This document shows positions 6,533-12,597 of a stretch of DNA of 12,597 nucleotides, piece by piece (the first letter of the stretch is position 1; every line of letters starts with the position of its first letter). Source of the stretch: a virus. Lineage: Duplodnaviria; Heunggongvirae; Uroviricota; Caudoviricetes. The notes below the pieces were generated by a model. The model was not told the origin of the DNA and ran no database searches. It saw nothing but the letters and a program-made list of their open reading frames with translations. The stretch lies in IMG/VR virus record IMGVR_UViG_2663763227_000011. One strand, written 5' to 3'. Both the position numbers and the translations under genes were made by a program.

Positions 6533-8287
6533 TTATAAAAACGCGTCGCACTCGTCTGTTGTTATTGCGTTAGTCTGCGTTACCCCCTTAACTTTCCGCG
6601 TAATATATTCATGTCCGTAAACTTTTGCGGCAGGCTTCATAGCCTTTCCAAAGTCATTTACGTTTAGCGGTTTGCTCCTGCCTGCGTATGCCATAAACGC
6701 CAGATAGACGCGGTAAAGGCTGTTCCTGGTCGTGTACTTCACTGAATCGCCACCGCCCCCCATCATCAGGCCGCGCGCTTCCTCCAGAAAATTCAGGAAC
6801 TGGCAAAACTCAATAACCGGATCCGTCTGTTGCTTTATTGCCAGTGCTTCATCACCGTCACGCTGTTCCAGTAGTAAAGCCCGTGCCTTCTCAGGGTCGG
6901 TAAAGTTCGCCAGCAATCGGCGGATAATGACAGGGATTTCAGCCGCGATCTTTTCCGGTAGCTCCCTGTCTTTTTCGGCCTCACTGACGATATTGTCGAA
7001 ACGGAAAATCACGCGACGACGTGCCACACCTCCGGCCCGTTCGGTGAATATCATCGGGTTATTGTTGGTCGCCAGCACCACCGCCCTGATTACAGCCGTG
7101 AAACGCTTTTCGTATTTCGGGTTAATTTCCACGGGGTCACCGCCCGTGATTTTCTTGATGCCCGTTCCTTCGCCTGTATATTTCGGCTGGTCAGCCAGGA
7201 CGATAAGACGACTCCCGACAACCTGCGCACGTCCACCAGCATCATCAAGCGATGTCATTTCAGCGCTTACCGTGTTCTGTTTCCCTGCCAGAAGGCTGGC
7301 TATGTGCGTGAATGTACTTTTACCGCTCCCGCCGTCTCCGGTGGCCTCAATAAACATCTGCCAGTCGTACCGGTTCGCCATAATCATGTACAGCGCGGCA
7401 CATATACGCATCATCTTGCGCGGGTCTTTTCCGGCTGCGTGCTCAAGCCATTTATGAAAGTTTGGCGCGTTATCGCGGATGTTCTCCCCTGGTGCTGGTG
7501 GCGTGTACTCAATGCCGTTGTGCGTGGTGATCCAGTTCTCCGGCGTGTGCGGGGAAAATCCCCCCGTTTTCAGGTCAAGCGCACCATTGGCGAACGGCAG
7601 CAAATCGCCGGACGGCTCGCCCATTGGTTCGGCAATAACTTTTAACGCTTCCACGGCGTTATTGATTACGCGCTTGCTGAAAGTGGCCCTGTGCTCTGAA
7701 TAGATCGCCACCATTTCGCGGCTAAGTTCCATTGTGCTGACCGGACACCATACCCCGCCGCGCCATACGTGAACGATTTCACTTTCAGGATGTACGCAAA
7801 CGCCATCAAAGCGATCGGCAAGCAGCTGCGCGCGCTCACTGTCCGCCATCTGCGAAAGTTGCGCCTTTTGCTTTACCGGAAGCTCAATGACCAGACCATC
7901 AGAAAGATTCTGGCGCTCACGGGCCAGATATTCGCGCCAGTTCTCCACCTTCTGACCGTGCATACCATCAGGGTAAAAATTTGCATCCTGTACGCCTGCC
8001 GCCGCCAGCTTCTGGCCAATCGCCTTTATCATTACTGGCGCAAGATATCCGGCCCTGAATATGCGCACGGATTTTCTGCCTTCCGGCACAATTTGCAGCT
8101 TATCCAGTTCTGATAACTGCTGCTCCCCAAGCCACACAGGAGGCTCATTATCTCCGGCCATACGCGCATCATGTTCCTGCCATTGTTTCGCGTGTGCCCA
8201 GGCATCACTACCCGCAAAAATAATGACTTCTGTTCCTTTGTGTTTTATGCCGCGTGACTGCTGTTTTACGTTCGGTGCCAGTTTCAT
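6533..8287 (-). CDS. Primase / replication initiator with SF3-type P-loop NTPase domain (P4-family primase-helicase; Pri-Rep-like), 584 aa
   Basis: Walker A motif GDGGSGKST and Walker B-like RLIVLAD in the C-terminal half, a long N-terminal primase-like region, adjacent iteron origin. ATG overlaps the upstream stop (ATGA). Confidence 0.9.
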   Translation of the reverse strand: MKLAPNVKQQSRGIKHKGTEVIIFAGSDAWAHAKQWQEHDARMAGDNEPPVWLGEQQLSELDKLQIVPEGRKSVRIFRAGYLAPVMIKAIGQKLAAAGVQDANFYPDGMHGQKVENWREYLARERQNLSDGLVIELPVKQKAQLSQMADSERAQLLADRFDGVCVHPESEIVHVWRGGVWCPVSTMELSREMVAIYSEHRATFSKRVINNAVEALKVIAEPMGEPSGDLLPFANGALDLKTGGFSPHTPENWITTHNGIEYTPPAPGENIRDNAPNFHKWLEHAAGKDPRKMMRICAALYMIMANRYDWQMFIEATGDGGSGKSTFTHIASLLAGKQNTVSAEMTSLDDAGGRAQVVGSRLIVLADQPKYTGEGTGIKKITGGDPVEINPKYEKRFTAVIRAVVLATNNNPMIFTERAGGVARRRVIFRFDNIVSEAEKDRELPEKIAAEIPVIIRRLLANFTDPEKARALLLEQRDGDEALAIKQQTDPVIEFCQFLNFLEEARGLMMGGGGDSVKYTTRNSLYRVYLAFMAYAGRSKPLNVNDFGKAMKPAAKVYGHEYITRKVKGVTQTNAITTDECDAFL

Positions 8288-8583
8288 TTTTTACCCCTGA
8301 ATCCGTTAATCATGGTTTTCAGCTTCTGGATGTTTGCCCGTGCCCTGGCGTTGCTGGTGGGCACGTTATGCGGCGCGGTCTGTACCAGAGAAAAATCACG
8401 CCGGAACTGATAAACAGGCATCACGCAATCATATTCGTAACCTTCACGGCGGTAGGTTACACGCCGTTCTTCCACGCCCTTAATCATTACCGTGCCGCCG
8501 TACTGGTCGCGGTAAATATCACCGCGCGTAAATTTAGGGTGAGTGTTGCCACTGGCAGTTAAGCCAGAATATTTAAGTTTCAT
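8284..8583 (-). CDS. Hypothetical protein, 99 aa, immediately upstream of and coupled to the primase
   Basis: ATG at 8583; stop overlaps the primase start. Protein-like composition; no family recognised. Confidence 0.55.
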   Translation of the reverse strand: MKLKYSGLTASGNTHPKFTRGDIYRDQYGGTVMIKGVEERRVTYRREGYEYDCVMPVYQFRRDFSLVQTAPHNVPTSNARARANIQKLKTMINGFRGKK

Positions 8584-8588
8584 TATTT

Positions 8589-8822
8589 TTATTCTCCGGT
8601 GTGCTGTTCTTTATATCTGTCGTGCAATAGATCTATTTCTTGCAGTTCCATTATTACAGGCTCAAGAAGCGTTATTAATGCCGTGGCAATTCTTGATTTT
8701 TGTTTGTCGCGTTCATTATCGCCAAGTGTTTCAAGCCATATGCGCAATATTTCCAGCATGTTTTCACTGTGAGAAAGTGCAAGAAATGCGCGGTCTATTG
8801 TTTCGTGGTAAATATCACGCAT
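8589..8822 (-). CDS. Hypothetical protein, 77 aa
   Basis: ATG at 8822, placed 1 nt after the upstream TAA (TAATATG); TAA stop at 8589-8591. Confidence 0.5.
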   Translation of the reverse strand: MRDIYHETIDRAFLALSHSENMLEILRIWLETLGDNERDKQKSRIATALITLLEPVIMELQEIDLLHDRYKEQHTGE

Positions 8823-8823
8823 A

Positions 8824-9258
8824 TTAATCCCCGTCCGTCGTTTTTCTTAAAATAACCTCTGTCACGAAATCAGCATAATCGGCGGCGATATTCAGTACAT
8901 CAAGCCCCGTTGATTTATATTCTCTCGTGGAAAGTAAGAAAAAAGCCGCTCTAATAAGTTCTGGCATTGACGAAAGCGCATCAGCCGCATCATCAGGAAC
9001 GCCGGAAAATTCCTGTTTCAGGGAATTAAAACGATCATCACGCATAACCCCCCCATTTTCACAATCGGCAACAAGAATATTTTTAGCGTCATTCAGTGAC
9101 CGCGTTGCGATGTATCGGATACATTCCAGGGCGAACGTTGTCCGGTCTTTCTGTTCTTCTCCCTGTGCAAGCTCTGCCGTGCATTCAATATCAATAAGCG
9201 CGTGCATCAGCGTAGTGAGCGCGGCGGCGGCTGCGTCCGGTGTGGTTTTATTGCACAT
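8824..9258 (-). CDS. Hypothetical acidic protein, 144 aa
   Basis: Preferred start is ATG 9258, which has a GGAGGGG Shine-Dalgarno 5 nt upstream and overlaps the end of the 76-aa ORF by 11 nt. The longer 9312 start in the ORF track would overlap that ORF by 65 nt. Confidence 0.5.
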   Translation of the reverse strand: MCNKTTPDAAAAALTTLMHALIDIECTAELAQGEEQKDRTTFALECIRYIATRSLNDAKNILVADCENGGVMRDDRFNSLKQEFSGVPDDAADALSSMPELIRAAFFLLSTREYKSTGLDVLNIAADYADFVTEVILRKTTDGD

Positions 9259-9478
9259 GTACCCCTCCGCATTTTTTTTCGTTAGAAATAAGCGTTCTTC
9301 TTTCCTGTTCATCGCTCAGGAATACGCAGACCTCACCGCTAAGGCGTTTAAGTAAGCCGATGATTGCCCCTGATTCGCTGTCGGTCATCATGCTAGGGTA
9401 ATCCTCTGCCAGTGCGCAAATAACTTCGATTTGGTGGGCGCGTTCTGCTGCCTGTTGTAGTGTGATTTCCTGGCTCAT
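9248..9478 (-). CDS. Hypothetical protein, 76 aa
   Basis: ATG at 9478 overlaps the TGA of the upstream 66-aa ORF (ATGA); its 3' end contains the Shine-Dalgarno and start of the next gene. Confidence 0.5.
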   Translation of the reverse strand: MSQEITLQQAAERAHQIEVICALAEDYPSMMTDSESGAIIGLLKRLSGEVCVFLSDEQERRTLISNEKKCGGVHVQ

Positions 9479-9675
9479 AAGCCTACCCCCTGACGAATAC
9501 GGGCAGCAAATACCATCACGCAGCCAGCCGGAGATTGCTGGCGTGCTTCCTGTTCGCTGGTGGCCTCAATGGTAATCACGCGCGGTTGTGCCGTGCTCAG
9601 GGCGATAAAACGCCAGATGTATTTATTCAGGTTGTGCGAGTCCCGCCCTTTCGGGTGTGTGGTATGATTTCTCAT
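9475..9675 (-). CDS. Hypothetical small protein, 66 aa, first gene of the replication operon; tentatively Icd-like
   Basis: ATG at 9675 with GAGGT Shine-Dalgarno 4 nt upstream. This is the in-frame tail of the 428-aa ORF in the track, here treated as an independent gene. The YIWRFIAL motif reminds me of proteins annotated as host cell division inhibitor Icd-like in P4-like prophages (memory only). Confidence 0.5.
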   Translation of the reverse strand: MRNHTTHPKGRDSHNLNKYIWRFIALSTAQPRVITIEATSEQEARQQSPAGCVMVFAARIRQGVGL

Positions 9676-9771
9676 AGCTACCTCGATACTGTTGCTATCG
9701 TTGGTGGTTAGAAGCCCCGTTACTGCTCCTACAGTGCGGGGTTTCGTCGTTTCTGTGCCTTTCATCAATAA

Positions 9772-9854
9772 GGTGTAAGACACAATGTAAAACAATGGTG
9801 TCTTACACGTCAACCCTTCAAAATATTTTTTTTTCGTGTATATTGTCTTACACC
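9772..9854. promoter_or_regulatory. Divergent back-to-back promoters with three copies of an 11-bp operator half-site GTGTAAGACAC
   Basis: Perfect inverted repeat GTGTAAGACAC (9773-9783) / GTGTCTTACAC (9798-9808) with a 14-bp spacer, plus a third half-site TGTCTTACACC (9844-9854). Leftward promoter: -35 TTGACG (rc of 9809-9814) and -10 TACATT, with the inverted repeat spanning its core. Rightward promoter: -35 TTCAAA (9817-9822), 16-nt spacer, -10 TATATT (9839-9844), overlapped by the third half-site. Confidence 0.55.
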
Positions 9855-9874
9855 AAAAACATGAGGGGTTAAAC

Positions 9875-10054
9875 ATGGCAACGGGTCCAAAGAATGCAAA
9901 ATCACAATCTGTAACTGCACGTATTGCCCATGAAATTATTGAAGGCATGGAGAACGTGAAAGAAGAAGGCGAAAGCACGGGACAGTTTATAAACGCAGCC
10001 ATGCGCGGCGAAATCAAACGCCGCCAGCGCCGCAAGGCCAAAGAGCAGGAGTAA
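9875..10054 (+). CDS. Small ribbon-helix-helix-like DNA-binding protein, 59 aa (candidate repressor of the divergent promoters)
   Basis: ATG 9875 with GAGGGG Shine-Dalgarno 6 nt upstream. SVTARIAHEIIEGMENVKEEGESTGQFINAAMRGEIKRRQ fits an RHH beta-strand plus two helices; good E. coli codon usage. Opposite in orientation to every other island gene. The ORF track's 9836 GTG start is rejected. Confidence 0.6.
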   Translation: MATGPKNAKSQSVTARIAHEIIEGMENVKEEGESTGQFINAAMRGEIKRRQRRKAKEQE

Positions 10055-10111
10055 CCATCACCAGCGCCGTGGTGTGAGTAACTACGGCGCATTGCTATGC
10101 AGGACAACACA

Positions 10112-10285
10112 ATGACCGATAAAGAATTGACCAAAACATTATCACCGGCACGGAAAAGACGGCGCAGAAAGATAGAGCATGAATCAGAAAGATTCGCGCC
10201 ATGTGCTTTTGCCCTTGAGCAATTCCTTAAAGAGTACAGGGAAAAGCGCTCATTGCAGGTATGGCAACGAACTGAACCAGACTGA
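10112..10285 (+). CDS. Small, highly basic protein, 57 aa, co-transcribed with the RHH gene
   Basis: ATG 10112 with AGGA 7 nt upstream (the ORF track starts at 10097). Contains RKRRRRK; rare codons suggest horizontal origin; followed by + strand terminators. No family recognised. Confidence 0.45.
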   Translation: MTDKELTKTLSPARKRRRRKIEHESERFAPCAFALEQFLKEYREKRSLQVWQRTEPD

Positions 10286-10364
10286 TTGCATTGCCCACCA
10301 GCCGCAAATGTGGCATTGTTGGCAATGCTCATGCGTTGGGGATAACGTGTAGCTTGTGTCGAGG

Positions 10365-10393
10365 GGCCACCGTAGCGGGTGGCCTTTGTTTTG
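10365..10393 (+). terminator. Rho-independent terminator of the + strand cassette
   Basis: GGCCACC-gtagcg-GGTGGCC hairpin followed by TTTGTTTTG. A second + strand hairpin with a GCAA loop and T-run at 10488-10520 may act as a backup. Confidence 0.55.
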
Positions 10394-10761
10394 CCCGTTA
10401 TTCGGCAATTGTGGCGCTTCTCCACATGGTTGATATAATCCCACTGCTCAGATTCATTTTTTGCGCAGTAGGTTAATTGTTCACAAAGGCGCTCCGGCAA
10501 CGGGGCGCTTTTTGTTTTTATTAGTTTGTAGAAACCTGACTCAGAGATAATGCTCATATTCTGATTGCCGTCAGGGGTGTAAGTTAAATTTACTCCCTTT
10601 TTATCATCAAACATCTGCAACGCTCTGGCGTTAACAATATTGGTTTCACTCCCGCCAGTAAGGCCGGAAATAACCGGAATAATTTCGGCAAAATTTTGCA
10701 GATTCTGTTTTTCAGGACGAACGAAGCCCCGCCCTTGTTCGGGAGAATATCCAGTATTCAT
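10380..10761 (-). pseudogene. KilA-N/Bro-N-like (antirepressor-like) N-terminal coding region with no in-frame stop; probably a truncated or disrupted gene
   Basis: The first ~125 aa are protein-like and contain TYTPDGNQNMSIISESGFYKLI, resembling the Bro-N/KilA-N core (P22 Ant-like SVINESGLYSLI, from memory). Beyond about 10380 the same frame continues for ~230 codons of Cys/Ser/Arg/Trp-rich junk, antisense to the + strand genes, until it joins the 66-aa ORF. The lower coordinate is approximate. Confidence 0.4.
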
Positions 10762-10813
10762 GGTTAGATCTCTGTATTAGTGGATGGGTGGCGGCTGTGT
10801 GCCGCCAGCCTGA

Positions 10814-11002
10814 TTAGTGAACTGCCTCGCAGCTGTCCTTCCATGCCAGAACTTCGGATAAAGACCAGCCAACGGAACGACCGCCCAGCTTACGCCGTGA
10901 TGGGAATTGTCCGGCTTTTTCCAGGCGGTACCGACATGAGCGGCTCAGGCCTGTAAGTTGCTGACATTCTTTTTCACGTATAAAGCGATCTGTGCTTAAC
11001 AC
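10814..11002 (-). CDS. alpA: AlpA-family phage regulatory protein (Xis-like winged-helix activator), 62 aa
   Basis: LTGLSRSCRYRLEKAGQFPSRRKLGGRSVGWSLSEVLAW matches the AlpA/Vis family signature (TG-SR-T-Y...FP...LG-RSVGW...EV--W). GTG start at 11002 with GGGGGA Shine-Dalgarno; TAA stop at 10814-10816. Confidence 0.85.
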   Translation of the reverse strand: MLSTDRFIREKECQQLTGLSRSCRYRLEKAGQFPSRRKLGGRSVGWSLSEVLAWKDSCEAVH

Positions 11003-11280
11003 AATTCCCCCTTTGTTGTTTCTTAAAGAGTCATTGGGTGGATTATTGGGTTGGGTTGTGTCGGATTGTGTCAGGGTGTTTGTGGAATGGCAAACACTGG
11101 CTGCGGTCGTTTTACAGAAGCAGGGGGAATGAGAATAAAAACTCTTTTAATTCATTATGATGCAAAGGCATAAAATTTTACTTTTACGCCTTTTTTACAT
11201 ATTTTTAAGAGTGATTCGCCAGTGTATAAAAAAACAGTACACCTATAAAAATCAAATGGTTATTACGATGGCTGATTTTT

Positions 11281-11340
11281 AACCCGTTGTTCCATTTTGT
11301 TCCTTGTTGTTCGTCGTTGTGTCTCGTTGTTTCACGTTGT
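11281..11340. repeat. Six tandem 10-bp-phased repeats (consensus about TCnTCGTTGT) just downstream of the integrase stop
   Basis: aacccgttgt / tccattttgt / tccttgttgt / tcgtcgttgt / gtctcgttgt / ttcacgttgt: each 10-mer ends in TTGT, giving exact helical phasing. A second GT-rich repeat cluster (GATTGTGTC, GGGTTGTGTC) lies at 11038-11090 in the alpA leader. Confidence 0.6.
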
Positions 11341-11367
11341 CCGCATCCTGAAAAATCGCAAAAAAAA

Positions 11368-12597
11368 TTATATTTCTCTGGCTATTGGCAATGTGGTTAC
11401 GTTTTCATGTGTTCCCGCCAGTATCCCTAACCGCTCCGTCCACATATCCAGCGCGTCACGTTTCGCATCCAGATAACGGGAATGGTTATAGACTCGTTGC
11501 ATCCCTGGCATCTGATGACCTGTAAGCTGCTCCACGACGTGAGGATCCACGCCTAAATCGTTCAGCATCGTTGTAAAGGTGCGCCGGATGTCATGCAGTG
11601 ACCAGTGAGGGTGTTTTAGCCTCCTGTGCGCTAATCTGCCGTACTGCGACACGCTTGTTTCCTGTTTCACTTCCCCCAGCAATAAGCCCGTGTGCCTGTT
11701 CTGCTCCACCAGCTGCGTGACGAACGGCAGTATTGCTTCCGGTATGGGCCGGAATATTGCCACCTTCGTTTTGCTGTGTTCTTTCGGCACGGTCCAGAGC
11801 ATTTCGGTAAAATCCCACTCGCTGATCTCCGATAACCTCAGTTCTACCGTCCGGCATCCGAAAACAATCAGGAGGCGGATTAGTGCGACGTAGTAAGGGG
11901 AAAATATTTTTTTGTCCAGTGCCTGCAATAATTCGCCAAGTTCTTTGGTGCTTAAGACACGCTCGCTTATATCCGGTTTTTTCCCAACGTCCGCCACACT
12001 CATATCATCAAGAACGTTGCTGATTGCATAGCGCCGCCTCCGGCAGAACTTAAGCGCCTGTTTGCACGTCTGTAGCAAGAATCCGGCAGTAACAGGCGTT
12101 CGCTTTGCCACCTGGTCAAAACAGGCCAGCCAGTGCCGTAGCTCGCATTTATCCAGCGGCATAGCACCAATGTGCTGTATTACGTGATTATTAAGGCGCT
12201 TTTTCAGGGCGGCATAATCCACGCGGTTTTCCTTTACGTAAGACTCAAGCCAGTAGGTAAGCGCATCGCCAACCGTTACGGGCTTTAACGCTTTCTGTAC
12301 GGTGTAATTCATCTCATGACGTGGATTTTTCCCCTCAGCAAGCCAAGCGCGACACTGTGCCGCTTTTTCCCTGGCAGCTTTCAGACTCAGATCAGGATAA
12401 TTTCCCAGCTTAATCCGTTCCGGTCGTGCTCCCCTTCCCGTTCCGGCCCTGTAGGTGAAATACCAGGTTAAAAGGCCGCTGGTTGAATGCCTGACGCTCA
12501 GGTTTCCACCGTCATTAAGAAAGGCTGTTTTTTGGGCGGGTGTGCCGTTGATTTTCCTTAGCTGTGTATCACTCAGTTTGTTAAGTGCTCTGCGCAT
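11368..12597 (-). CDS. int: Tyrosine-type site-specific integrase, P4/CP4-57 family, 409 aa
   Basis: N-terminus LSDTQLRKINGTP...GGNLSVRHSTSGLLTWYFTYR matches the P4-type integrase arm-binding domain. The C-terminal catalytic region has RTVELRLSEISEWDF, HDIRRTF and the HxxxRxxY-type tail (GHQMPGMQRVYNHSRY). The start codon sits exactly at the window edge, so the true start and the adjacent att site cannot be verified. Confidence 0.9.
   Translation of the reverse strand: MRRALNKLSDTQLRKINGTPAQKTAFLNDGGNLSVRHSTSGLLTWYFTYRAGTGRGARPERIKLGNYPDLSLKAAREKAAQCRAWLAEGKNPRHEMNYTVQKALKPVTVGDALTYWLESYVKENRVDYAALKKRLNNHVIQHIGAMPLDKCELRHWLACFDQVAKRTPVTAGFLLQTCKQALKFCRRRRYAISNVLDDMSVADVGKKPDISERVLSTKELGELLQALDKKIFSPYYVALIRLLIVFGCRTVELRLSEISEWDFTEMLWTVPKEHSKTKVAIFRPIPEAILPFVTQLVEQNRHTGLLLGEVKQETSVSQYGRLAHRRLKHPHWSLHDIRRTFTTMLNDLGVDPHVVEQLTGHQMPGMQRVYNHSRYLDAKRDALDMWTERLGILAGTHENVTTLPIAREI

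Larger units (their letters stand above)
1462..12597. mobile_element. Integrated phage satellite / phage-inducible chromosomal island (PICI-like); phoQ-proximal boundary lies somewhere in 1462..1937, integrase-side boundary and att are beyond the window
   Basis: Gene constellation typical of Gram-negative PICIs: integrase, AlpA, primase/helicase with adjacent iteron origin, Nu1-like redirecting small-terminase gene with cos site. Here it additionally carries lambda-type capsid and decoration genes. Boundaries cannot be fixed without an empty-site comparison. Confidence 0.75.

Noticed and set aside
6732-8300. + strand ORFs inside the primase gene (for example 6732..7457, 241 aa)
   Set aside because: They are antisense to the primase and are Ser/Arg/Pro/Cys-rich with low-complexity stretches; shadow ORFs of a high-confidence gene.
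8824-9312. Longer 162-aa version of the 144-aa gene starting at ATG 9312
   Set aside because: It would overlap the upstream 76-aa gene by 65 nt; the ATG at 9258 has a strong GGAGGGG Shine-Dalgarno and a typical short coupling overlap.
9836-10054. GTG start at 9836 (72 aa) for the RHH gene and ATG 10097 for the basic protein
   Set aside because: The 9836 start lies inside the -10/operator region with no Shine-Dalgarno; ATG 9875 has GAGGGG at ideal spacing. For the second gene, ATG 10112 has an AGGA Shine-Dalgarno, whereas 10097 does not.
11591-11893. Nested ORFs inside the integrase gene on both strands
   Set aside because: They overlap the integrase coding frame, are short and junk-like; integrase is supported over its full length.

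Overview
Enterobacterial (E. coli-like) chromosomal segment: the 3' gene of the phoPQ operon (phoQ, 1..1461, + strand) followed by an ~11 kb integrated phage-satellite / PICI-like island that runs to the window edge. Nearly all island genes are on the - strand. Reading from the integrase end: a P4-type tyrosine integrase (11368..12597), AlpA (10814..11002), a truncated KilA-N/Bro-N-like ORF, an oppositely oriented two-gene cassette (RHH-like protein plus a small basic protein) with its own operator-bearing divergent promoter and terminator, five short translationally coupled ORFs, a primase/helicase (6533..8287), an iteron-type origin, a 92-aa ORF and SSB, then a separately promoted module with lambda gpE-like major capsid and gpD-like decoration genes, and finally a lambda Nu1-like small-terminase-domain gene flanked by two inverted lambda-type cos sites. 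No tRNA, rRNA, CRISPR array or IS element was seen. The most interesting points are (i) a satellite that carries its own capsid and decoration genes but no portal, protease or large terminase, (ii) the duplicated inverted cos with island-specific cosB-like repeats, and (iii) the embedded opposite-strand RHH cassette with palindromic operators. All homology calls are from reading the translations against remembered protein families; no database search was run.
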